A stretch of DNA of 49,761 nt, counting the filler, from Catajapyx aquilonaris (lineage: Eukaryota): assembly GCA_000934665.2 (NCBI GenBank). It is 3 parts of 3 records of this genome, joined end to end, with 100 filler letters (N's around TTAATTAATTAA, not from the genome) between each part and the next. Parts side by side here need not be neighbours in the genome. Positions count along the whole stretch, not along the records: positions 1 to 16,553 come from JYFJ02007174.1; positions 16,654 to 33,194 come from JYFJ02007175.1; 1 more part is not named here. One strand, given 5' to 3'. The translations under genes and the position numbers were made by a program. The notes under the pieces are model-generated. The model was not told the DNA's origin. It was given only the letters and a program-made list of their open reading frames with translations, and did not search any database. Below, piece after piece: positions 12,205 to 23,711 of this stretch; the stretch's first letter is position 1; the number at the start of each line of letters is the position of its first letter.

Positions 12205-12835
12205 CAGGGTGAATACTGTAACTTTGGCAAAAATCACAGGGTGGGTAGTGTAGACCAAGACAAGTATTTTTGACATAGGAACCCATGTCCGGAAATGCCC
12301 CCATACGGGGGTACGGCTGTTTCCCGCACAATATTTGGATGCAGCCAAAGGCCTGAACAACAATGATCGCTGCGCCTGGTGGGTAGGCAAACGTTCCAGA
12401 GGTGCATTCTTGGACGTCGGGGATACCAACAGAAGTTTCATGTAAATTTCTGGGCGGGAATAGTCGGTGACCATTTACTAGGGCCATACATGCTGCCTGC
12501 CCGGTTGAATGCGCATAACTACCGCATCTTCCTCCAACAACAGCTGCCGGAGTATCTCAGTCTATGATTTGCCCCTGCAGTTGCGCCGCGACATGTGGTG
12601 GCAGCAAGACGGCTGTCCCGCTCACTGGGGGAGGGTTGTCTTGGACCACTTGGACCAAACATTCCACAATCGGTGGATAGGGCGTCGAGGGCCTATCCCG
12701 TGGCCACCAAGGTCTCCGGATCTCACCCCTCTGGATTTCTTCCTGTGGGGTGCAATGGAAGCATTGGTGTAAGAGACGCCGGTGCCCACCGAACAGGACT
12801 TGATTGCGCGAGTCGTAATGGCCGCAGAGGCACGT
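12205..12835 (+). mobile_element. Internally deleted, frameshifted DD41D (rosa-type) Tc1/mariner transposon relic
   Basis: TA|CAGGGTG end; VNFWAGIVGDHLLGPY; WWQQDGCPAH...WPPRSPDLTPLDFFLWG with 41 residues between the two catalytic Asp; frameshift near 12560 and stop at 12770. Confidence 0.88.
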
Positions 12836-14060
12836 GTGTGAAGTTGGCTCACCAACTATCTCGGATCGAATTGAAATCAATGGACTATGTAGTACTCTCA
12901 ATGGACTGTTTGGGAATTTTTGCCCCGTTCATTGGACCCTCTTAGTTTCAGAGATATTTAGTTTCAAAAAGTGGTGAGCCAACTTCACGCATCTCACCAC
13001 CTATCTCCGATCCGGCTGAAATTAATGGAATTCATAGTACTCTCAATGGACTCGTTGGGCAATTTTACCCCGCTCATTGGACTCCTCTAGTTTCAGAGAT
13101 ATAAATGTTCAAAGTTTTCCCTCCAAAACATTTCAACTGCGATTGTGCTCACACTATTCGACGTGGGCGTCTGAAATTCATGGACTATGTAAGACGTCCC
13201 GGGGACTACCAGGTCCATTTGTTTCGTTCATTGGACTCGCATAGTTTCAGAAATATTCGGTTTCAAAAAAGTGGCCGAAAGTGTGAAGTTGGCTCACCAC
13301 CCACGACGGATCGGAATGAAATTGATGTATTATGCACACCTCTCAGAGGACTATTTGTACTTTTGACCCCGCTCATTGGACTCCTCTAGTTTCAGAGATA
13401 GAAATGTTCAGTTTTCCCGCCAAAACATTTCAATTGCGATTGTAATAGCCCCATTTGACCTAGCCATCTGAAATTTAGTGACCTGATAGTAGCTACTTCT
13501 TGAGTAGTATCAGGCCCATAAATGTCGTTCATTGGACTCGAATAGTTTCAGAAATATTCGGTTTCAAAAAGGTGGCTGAAACCACATACGGCGGATCGAT
13601 GTGAAATTAATTGACTGTATACTACTCCTTTTGGACTATTAGGACATTTTTATCCCGTTCATTGGACCCTTCTAGTTTCAGAGATATTTGGTTTCCAAGG
13701 TTTCCCAACAAAAATTTCAACTGCGATTGTACGCGCACCATTTGCCCCAGGACGCTGAAATTAACGGACCTGATAGTACTTCCCGAGTAGTATCAGGCTC
13801 ATAAAGTGTACTTCATTGGACTCCCATAGTTTCAGGAATATTAGGTTTCAAAATGGTGGCAGAAACCACTTGGACTATTGGGACCTTTTTATCCCGTTCG
13901 TTGGACCGTCATAGTTTCAGAGATATTTGATTTCAAAGCTTTCCATCCACACCCCATTTGACGTAGCCGTCTGAAATTTATGAACCTGGCAGTAGTTGCC
14001 TTGGGACTACCAGGTCGATACGTCTCGTTCATTGCACGCGCATATAGTTTCATAATTGTC
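12836..14060. repeat. Degenerate tandem array, roughly 130-155-bp period, 9 copies of a conserved core
   Basis: Core CG(T/C)TCATTGGAC-N5/6-TAGTTTCAG(A/G).ATAT near 12927, 13071, 13225, 13370, 13525, 13656, 13811, 13895 and 14026. Confidence 0.85.
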
Positions 14061-15394
14061 CGATTTCAAACTTCGGTAAATATTTTGAACCCGGGATTTG
14101 TCACTCCATTCGACAGAGCCGTTGAAAATCAATGTGTCTCCTACGTATATCATTATTACTGGAACCATCAAGGATGCTCCCCTGATTATTAGATTACATT
14201 TAACGTAAAATCATATCGAAGCATACTTTTCATGGTGAAAATAGCAAGTTCCTTCGAGTTTTCAGATGGGTCGGTAGTGAGGATGTGAATTCGAAGCACT
14301 TGGTTGGCGATAGTGAGCCATCTTCCATATAGGATAATTATCCAGGACGTCGTGTCGCCATATTAGGCGAGTATTCACCTGAAGAAACATCTTTGCTTAT
14401 ATCCCATTGATATATTTGATCTGTACTCACAAGGAAAGTGTGAGTGCTGTCAGTGGAGTTTCTGAATGAAACTTGGCACAATAATATAGGCAGGTAAGTT
14501 ATTAAACAAAATGCAAACGGTTTCGGCGAATGCCTGCATACAAGATCAAAAGTTATGACATCTGGAACTCACAGGGGACTCTTTCCAAGTACCAATCGTG
14601 GATTTTCATGACATTTTCATGCAATTTGTTGCATTGATAGCCCACCCCAAGGGATTAAAAACAAACGCATCTAAATTTGCCTATTCAAAATGACCATGTG
14701 ACCACATTTTGAGGGGGGGAGAGGTCTACTCGTAAATTTCCTACTGATTATCTTGAAATTCGGGGCTTTTTTGTAACCCACACCAAGGGATGAAAAACGC
14801 ACCTAAAGTTATACCTTCTCAAAATGACCCTGTGAACCCCCCCCCATTTAAGGGGGAAGAGCTCCATAGATGCTTTTTTAGGCCGACGAAAGGTCTTGTG
14901 AAAACTGTCAGACAGTGTGGTCTTATTTTATGTTGATTGTATACTTCGCACCTGCAATAATCTCATAAAGATGATGCCTCTGACTACGAACCACTTTGCG
15001 TCCTCTCGATTCAGGCCCAGGATACAGTAAGACCGGGTTAAAAGGACAAGCCTGCAGAATTTCAGTTTCAGTTTTCAGTTTTGCTTCAAATTAGATAACT
15101 ATGACAGGTGTGCATTCTGTCATGCATTAGCATATTCCTAAAATACAGTTAGTGTAAGGATCTCCTGCCATACTCCCACTTTTTCATTTAATCTACCACC
15201 CAGCTACCACCTCTGCAACAAGTTTGTTGAATAACATGATCGATTAGGAGTTCAGGCATTTAAGAGTTCTTCTATGCTATGGATCTGAAAATATGACTTT
15301 TGCCTAAATGGTACTTGTTAATTTCTTTAATGTACCTGGTCATTTTACATGCATTCTTCTGCGTTTTAGCTTGCGATTTGTTTTTATTATGTAA

Positions 15395-16445
15395 CTAGCT
15401 ACGATACCCGGCGTTGTTCGGGAAGAAAGTAAGGGGAAGAAAGCTGAAAAGGACAGGGGGAAGAATTACATGTACCATAATTAAGAACGTGGATATATAT
15501 ACAGGGTGTTCATGAACAACACCGACAAACCTATACCACCCCCTACCTAGGCACCAGAGGATCACATTATGTAGAGGAGTGATTATTCCTGGGCCGCCTC
15601 ATTACCGCGCAAATTGCCTTTAAGCAGGTAGTATAAAATATCCAGGAAGTTAGGCCACCCAACGAACCCTCCCCCAGTCAGAAGGAGTGTTTAGGCAAAA
15701 ATCGCATCGAACTGTTTGTGTTGTTGTTATTTAAAATAACTGCTAATTGCAAAGCGCAATTGCACTTTTCGCAGATTTTTCAAAATCACGCTTAAGCTAA
15801 ATCGCTAAAGAGCAGGTGGCTCAATTATCTCAGTAATGAGGCGGCCCAGGCATAATCACTCCTCTACATAATGTGATCCTCTGGTGCCTAGGTAGGGGGC
15901 GGTATAGGTTTGTCGGTGTTGTTCATGAACACCCTGTATATCGATATGAATGAAGACGTCTGGATAGGAAAATTAATATAGAGATGCTGCCAATGGCGGT
16001 TGTTATCTTAGACCTTGCTAGTACCCAACATTGGTCGTCTTTCCACCAGGTGCCAATAAAAAGAAAATGGTTCCTTAGTCAACTCCTGCCACCAGCAAGG
16101 ACTGTCCCTGGGCTTTGTAAATCGACACTGCAAAGCAGAGTTTGAGAGGAAACTGAAGTCGCTTACTTGAACTGATATGGGATATCTGTGGGAATCATGT
16201 GGATACTGGGAATGAAGACAGCCTCAGCATATTTGGCACAGCCAGTCATGAAAGTATAGCTTCAATGGCATGGGGCAGGAGCTGCTTGACACAAAGTAGG
16301 GTGCCATTGCACAGTCTGGGTGGGTCCATATTTCTGAGCAGGATGATGGGAGTGCCCCTCCTGAGAACCAAGTTGTGAGGAGGCATTCCTGGTGGTTGCA
16401 GTAAGTTGAGGAACTCAGTCGGATAATACACTGCTTGATCAACAT
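15395..16445 (-). mobile_element. Helitron 3' relic with frameshifted PIF1-helicase fragment
   Basis: YPTEFLNLLQPPGMPPHNLVL..GTPIILLRN.DPPRLCNGT, then IP.I.MIPTDIPYQFK/RLQFPLKLCFAVSI.KAQGQSL. 3' end CCCGAACAACGCCGGG..AGCTAG|T at 15395. Confidence 0.88.
15502..15936. mobile_element. Tc1/mariner-type MITE with ~100-bp near-perfect TIRs, inserted in the Helitron
   Basis: TA|CAGGGTGTTCATGAACAACACCG ... CGGTGTTGTTCATGAACACCCTG|TA. Confidence 0.9.
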
Positions 16446-16553
16446 GCAATCAACATAAAATAAGACCACACTGTCTGACAGTTTTCACAAGACCTTTCGT
16501 CGGCCTAAAAAAGCATCTATGGAGCTCTTCCCCCTTAAATGGGGGGGGGGGGG

Positions 16554-16653
16554 NNNNNNNNNNNNNNNNNNNNNNNNNNNNNNNNNNNNNNNNNNNNTTA
16601 ATTAATTAANNNNNNNNNNNNNNNNNNNNNNNNNNNNNNNNNNNNNNNNNNNN
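16554..16653. other. Artificial contig linker
   Basis: N44-TTAATTAATTAA-N44; the 12-mer gives stops in all six frames. Confidence 0.95.
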
Positions 16654-18251
16654 CCTCCAAATTCATTAACTCAAGTAGAGCGCAAAGGAATACTGATACC
16701 GCCTAATGAAATACATACGCCCGCCTGATTTTGCCATACAGTATTGGCGCACATGCCCCGCACGTGGGTGGCATGTGACGGAATTTTAATAAACCCAATA
16801 ACCAATGGCGCCTATACGCTCCACAGCTTCCGCCCATTCTTCTCAACTCCAGTTACATCACCGCAACATGTACCACTAAAATTTAATATCGGACCAGGTG
16901 CTTCAACCCGATTGACTCCAAACACTGTCGCAGGTCATCCGGACAAGGGTGAAGGAACTGGCTGCCCAAATAAATGTGAAATGGCGCCTTTTGGACGCTT
17001 CGTCCCTATGGCCTGCTGCCATGCTTTTTTGGAAACTTCGATAAGGAAGTCAGCAGGGTTTCGTCCTCCATACCGCATCCTCCCTCCTAGTTCTAATCAA
17101 TACTTCTCTTCCTTCTTCCAGGCAGATTGTGGGGGAGGGAGGCGGTAAGGCCAACCAACTGCACCCTAAATCGATATGGAGGATCAAAATCCGGTCCTAT
17201 GATGCTTGCAATCCTCAGAATTATGTTGTTACAACCATTCCTGTTGCTCTAGCCGCAGAGATTATACAATCAATAGGAACATGACCTGTTCAATATGACA
17301 AGTGTCAACTAAAATAATATACATATAAAAATATATTCAAATTGTTAGAGGCACTCTTCTGATTGCATGGCATAGCAACTACAATCCGGAATAACGAAAG
17401 TGTCAAAAAAAAAAGAAGTAATCCGAGAACCGTAGGCGACACTAAAGTCACCTTCGCACTGTGTGGACGCCACTTCGATCTCGAGTGATTTCCATTTGCT
17501 GAAGCCGCTCGACAAACACCTTTCAAAAACATTGTTCGGTCAGAAACGCCTTCTATTCCCATCAGGACATTCACAATCTGTCAACTGGCGGACAAAAGCT
17601 TATGTGCAAAAAGGTTAGCCGACAGACCATTAAAAATAGTAGAGGGTAGTCCAAAAAGCGCGTCTGTCCTCCATGATGTCGTATTTCTTTACAAAAAAAA
17701 AAGCTAGTTGACTTCCGCAATTATGGAAATAATCGACTGTTAATGGTAGTTCTATCGCCCCAAATGCCAACATAAAAGAACTGACACCTACAAAAATTAA
17801 TTAATGCCCATATAATCAACCCTTTGAAATATTACACAAAAACGCCCGACCATCCAACTTCCCAAAATAGGCTACATTACGAACCTTTTACACAAGTGCT
17901 GCGTGTCCATGAGACCCAACCCTCTAATTTGACAAAGTGCCGTGCCCCCTTCTCAATATCTTCTAACCATGCCAGGCAAATGCAAGAAACCAAAACTTTC
18001 CACAAAGCTTTCTGAACCTCCTTCCATCCTTTTATTTACACTTCCCCGGTATCTATTACCTTTGACTAACCATCTCACTGTCCCTTCAGCTCTTACCTAT
18101 ACCCTTCCACGACCTAGGAACAGAGGTAGCCCTCGACTCACATCTAACCTTCTAGCCCCAAGAGAGCTCTTCAATTCCGAGAGGCTACATTTACCTTTCG
18201 CCCTGACCGCCTCCTAATTAATCATGCACCGTGTGAATACTTAATTTACTG

Positions 18252-18317
18252 TATATGCCTATCCTATCCTGGACCAGGTCAGTGACCACCCTGCACTTTT
18301 AATAATAATAATACATA

Positions 18318-18348
<31 letters not shown>

Positions 18349-18438
18349 TATTATATTATTATTATTATTATTATTATATTACTATTATTATATTATTATT
18401 ATTATTATATTATTATTATTATTATATTACTATTATTA

Positions 18439-18470
<32 letters not shown>

Positions 18471-18556
18471 TACTATTACTATTATTATTATATTATTATT
18501 ATTAAAGTGCAGGGTGGTCACTGACCTGGTCCAGTTCAAGAGGATAGGCATATTAT
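18252..18556. repeat. ~45-bp inverted repeats enclosing a compound (TTA)n microsatellite
   Basis: CTGGACCAGGTCAGTGACCACCCTGCACTTT and its reverse complement flank 18301-18503. Confidence 0.85.
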
Positions 18557-21500
18557 TATTTGGGGTGCAGGTATTGTACATTCCTTTTTATTTTGTGTTT
18601 ACGGTCAACATCTTTTTGATAGTCGCAACTTCCTGTTGTTTTTTTTCTTCTTCAAAATTTGATTCTGATGGATTCAGTAGTGAATGCATAAAACATTAGT
18701 GAGATTATGCAAATGGACTACCATTTCTTTGGCTCAGCTTCAGATTACCTCAACCACGCATTGATCCTAGAGCTGGGCTATAGGTGGCTACTAACCAGCA
18801 TGAAAAGTTTACACGCATTGGACGCCGCCCGCCGTCTGAAGTTTACCGACAGTTGGACCAGCCGAGATGTGGACTCCGTGTTCAATTTTTAATAAATACG
18901 TCGCACACATAAAAAATAGTGGGCATCCCCAAAGGAAACCCCTATTCCTGTGCTCTCTGTGAATAAAATCATGCGGAAAGCGTAGTCAGCCAACGTTATC
19001 TGCAACTGGCTTCAAAGGCACGTTCCACTCGCACCGACTCCCGATAATAGGAGAGTTTTCAGGACTTTGCACAAAAAAATAAAATAAAAAAAGCGAACTT
19101 TTGCAACTCGGCAGTTCGTCAGGGCATAAACAGGTTCACACTGCGAGCGACAATTTAATATGTCCCCAGCACTCTCCAGACCACTTTTTGCAGTTTCCAT
19201 CCAGTCTGTCGCCCTTGGAGACACAGACCATCAGATTTGAAATTTTACGCTGGCTGTTAAAACGTCCCTGCTCTAATAGATCGATTCCACGCTTCTATAC
19301 AATCACGCGCTGCAAACAACAGCAGCACAGCTTTTCCACGTCTTAAGGTATTAGCAACTGTATTAATGGCAGCAGGTACTGTACACACAGCCAGCCAAAT
19401 TACCTGTAAAATTACTGACAGTCTATAATAATACGTTGCATTTAAAATAATTTCGCACCGCGTAGGCGGGGGCTTTGGACCGTTATAACTTCAAACAGGA
19501 GCTTGCCTGGCTTCTATTGTTCGACTTCAGAGCCTTTGTGAATAGCAGCCTGACATACAGTGCAACGCCTAGTGCGACCCGAATAAGCTATACAGCAGTC
19601 AGCCTTTTTTTTTTAAAAAAAAAAAAAAAAAAAACCTCTTTGTGCACGCACCTTTAGATAGGATTTATTCCGGGACTGATGAGAACCTGTGGCTGTGGAG
19701 ATGGCGGGAACCATAGAAACGAGCTGGCGTCATAGACACGGTAGAATTTTGGCAGGTATAGGTTTCCACTATACATACACTATGTATGAAAAAGTTTGAT
19801 AATTTGTTAATTCAATTACTTTACAAGCTTACGGCAATAATGGAGCAGCCGAAGCCAATTTGTTAACGACCACTTCGCTTATTATAATTTAATTTTTATA
19901 GAACGTTGAATCCATTTAAGATGCGCCATTTAATTTCCACATACTCCCTTATTATAACAGCCATGAAAAAAAACTCGCAGATAATGATTGCGTGCCAACA
20001 TGATCCTCCAGGGACATTTCCCCAGCAACCTGTACAGCAGTCAGACTGACAGCCTATCGCCAACCTTTCGCCCGTAGGCCACAGTTCAACACTTCAATTA
20101 CTTCCACGAGTGTCCCCCCAGATAATCTAGTTATACCCTTTTTTCCTCTGTTAAACTCCGATAAACCTATTATAACTTCCTGCTGCAAGAGCTGCCGGGC
20201 CGGACACCGGCCGGCCCATCCCTAATAAATCGAATGTACTGACCCACACAACACTTCTTGCCTTCCGCTGCAAGCTGGCAACACAACCCCGTCTCCCTCT
20301 TATGTATTTTTGGTTTTCCTGCCACGGTTTAGGACCCTGCTTACCCNTTCAATGAACTTCCGTCAACCCGGTTTCCCACCAAATTAAGAGACACCATATT
20401 AACCAAATCGATCAATAGGACATGCTACAAAATAACCCGAATTTTCTCCACAATATACGGCAATAATTGGCAACCCAGCTCTCAAGGGGGATTCATCCTT
20501 TGTACGTCACCCCAACCAGCTGCAGATTCCAACTCAGGGTATCCAACCTTATGTACATTTTGTCGCACTCAGCTCTCGCTACACACTTTTTGCAAACAAA
20601 AAAATTATTTACAAAATGCCGATGGCACACCCACGCTTAGGAAATAAACAGGGCTCCATATCGATTCATGTTACGGATGTGGCCAACATTCAGGATTCCC
20701 AACATGCCTCGGTGGGACCGGGGCCGGGTCAAAATAGATGGAATGCGATATTGACATCGGTATGGCCAGCTACAGGGCTGAAGTAAAAGGATGGGAACTA
20801 CACCATTTTGCAGGCAAATCGCTGGCTCAAACTTGGGGTGGGTTTATACAAGGACAATTAGGCGGACGTGATTTATCTGCGGCTCATAGCCGCACATCTT
20901 GAGCGTATAATTAGCTGTGATCAATAATAATGCAAGCGTCGCTATTCGTTTCGGAGACGGCAAATCTGTGAGCCGCGTCCTCCAAGCTGCGCAACTAATG
21001 TCTGTTGCCGGATTCGACTTCAAACAATGTTACGTAATATTGCTTTCTCACGGATGCCCGCCCCAACGGATGCTTTAAATATTCATCAGGATGTATCTCC
21101 TTGAGCCAATCATACCTCCCGATATGGCTATACAATGCGATCAACCACTTGTGGCCGGTGACGGATTTGTTTCATAAAATACGTCAGCACTGAAAATTCA
21201 TTAGCTTCTGGAGGTGCATTCATTTCGATGCAGTCTTCTTGTCCGTTGTACAGCGATACCACTTGATACTCTGATGGAGACAAGCAACTACCAGAAACCA
21301 ATGTGCCATTCACTTCCAACAGGACCAGAAGCGCTACCATGGGGGCATTCCCAGGCTCTTTTGCTAGCAAAACCTTCCTCGTCTATATTACCCTTCCACC
21401 CACTTTTCCCTACCCTGGCTTGCCACCCGGGGTCAATATCAGGGTCAACGCTCGGATCGAAGCAGCCAAACCCGCGACCCCTCCCGTAGACGCACTAACC

Positions 21501-23472
21501 ATCTGCGCAGCCTGCAGGAACGCTTTTCATGGCTGCGGAGACGGGGAGGGGTGGAGAGAGAAGGGAACATGAGCACTACCACTCGTACGATACAATTTCG
21601 GTCCAATCCGGAAATAAACATCGATGATCCTTTTATCAATATTCGCCAGAATGACTTCCGTTATTGAAATGACTCCGATGTGCAGTGAAGGTCAAATTCG
21701 CACGTAGGAACAACAGTGATATTTTCATTTCATAACAGCATACATCCAAACTAACAGTTACTAACAGCTACAGTAAATTATGCCGGTCACCTTTACTTTA
21801 ATGTCAAGAATCCTGCGTAAACTGTCATCGAAACAAGTGTTCCTATACTGTAGAAGTAGGGATCTATCATTGTGGAATACTTTGGAAGTTTTAATGCCAT
21901 TGAGACGTCCCTTCATGCATCGTACACAAAGCTCATAGCATGTTTATATCAAACTGTAACCGACGCCATCTCTTTCAAGTTATCTAAAACGAAGAATAAC
22001 GCCAAAATCCATAACGGAAAACTTCACAAAAGAGTCTGGAGATATTGTAGAAAGAATCTTCCAATCCTCTTATCAGCATTCAAAAAAGTGCGTAATCTAC
22101 TTTTCCTTCCTGTCTGTTCACACAACCACTTCTCTTCCCGCGAAGGTAACTTATGAAGCTCAAATTTCGCATGCAGTGTAATAATTAACTTCAGGGCGTC
22201 GCTTGGGGGCGGAATGCCTATATGTACGTATGCAGACCATATTACACGGGGTGATTCATTATGCCTCCAAACGCTTATACGTTACATAACAGGTGTAACT
22301 TCTGGAATGCAGATGTGACTACGTAACTATACACACCCACATGTCATGGCTTTTTGTGTCTGTGACTATCAGAGATGAGGTCCAAGGGGAAAGGGGCATA
22401 AGTCGTGACGTCAACGTAAGGAGAAGGAAATGAAATTTCCTGTTTACATGACAGGTCAAAGGTGCAATTCCCACTCACTAATGAATATCTCGAAGTAAAA
22501 TATAGTAACGAACATGCGCCCATTCGCCGATAGTTACAGAGCGGTCATACTACTAAATTCTCCGAATTAAAATCGCGAAGTTGGCATATCTGTCAAAAAT
22601 AAAAATTAACCGATAAATAGCACCCATGAACATTAAATTAACGTGCCTTCGTCTATTTGAAAACATTAGTGAATGCAACCAATACCACATGCAACAGCCT
22701 TGTATATTTTTAGGGCCTTCCTAAGAGTTTGCCACTTGGGGTTCTATTACAACCTATTCTGGTCTCCATTTAATTTTTTTTTTTTCTAGAAAAGGCAACC
22801 TCTAGTTACAAGGGTTCTTCGGTTGGTTCCGACAACCCAGGCATTTTTTTGCTTAACTGAAAATGGCAGAAGCACCCTTACTACCATCGACTCAAGAGGT
22901 GAAAGAAGACTCCCACTCGGTGATTGGACACGACAGGTCCACTTTAAAAATCGCTGCGCCAATAATTCCTCACTCGAGATATCCCTGTATGGTTACACAA
23001 ATACTTTCCCGCCTCTTCCAGAAGAACATCCTTCAGATTCCAAATTCTGACGACGTAACAGCACTACTCATCGTGAAACTATCTTGAGCAAACAATAGCA
23101 GGCATGGTCTTATAATACTCAGGTCCCGACACAGGCGACACTCATTTCCCTTTTGCGTGAGCTTACTTGGGGGGGGGGGGGGGGGGGGGGGGGGTNATTT
23201 GGCGCTGGTGTCGCTCCACACTTCCCAAGGCGGTTCGGGCGGACGACTCTGCGAACTGCTCAGGATTCCACAGCGGTGCAAAGAGTCGTCCGCCCGAACC
23301 GCCTTGGGAAGTGTGGGGCGACAGCAGCGCCAAATCGGAAGCTTACCACCTGGGTGGGGCTGGGAGAGAGAAACTAAGCTCACAAGGGTCTCCATAAGGC
23401 TGGGGTATGAGTGTCAGGGGACTGACAGCAAGCAACAGAATTCGACTCGAAAGTCAGTCTAATAGAACCTAC

Positions 23473-23711
23473 CTTATAGTTTCAGCCTCTTGCGTGATGT
23501 GGTGAACTGGATAGAGCGAGATGGAACGAAGGCGGTCTTCAAGGCGACGCACCACTTCTACGCCCCTGCTGGCATTCTCCTTCATGGCTTCCATACCATC
23601 TAATAAGAGGTTGTATGCAGTTTTGTTTTCCACTGGCTTCGCAAACACATCACTCAAGAGCTTGAGGAGTGGCAGTACTGTGCGTTGCAGAGTCTGGTCA
23701 ATGGTGGCAGT
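23473..23711 (-). CDS. tty: Tweety homolog, coding exon 4 (later exons not found in this contig)
   Basis: ttgtttcag|TATIDQTLQRTVLPLLKLLSDVFAKPVENKTAY...QEAETI+AG|gtagg. 239 nt, frame-compatible with exon 3; resembles tweety L.D.F..PV.N.TA...E.IRW. Confidence 0.88.

Noticed and set aside
12836..14060. CRISPR-like repeat/spacer appearance
   Set aside because: Cores are degenerate, spacers are mostly ~100 nt or more and homologous to each other, there are no cas genes, and the context is eukaryotic.
16598..16609. TTAATTAATTAA as a biological palindrome or piggyBac target
   Set aside because: Embedded symmetrically in Ns and repeated identically at 33239; an artificial linker.
19012..19346. Further tweety exons (QCEP, AVLLLFAAR resemblance)
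   Set aside because: Only short chance-level similarity, in-frame stops and no phase-compatible splice sites.
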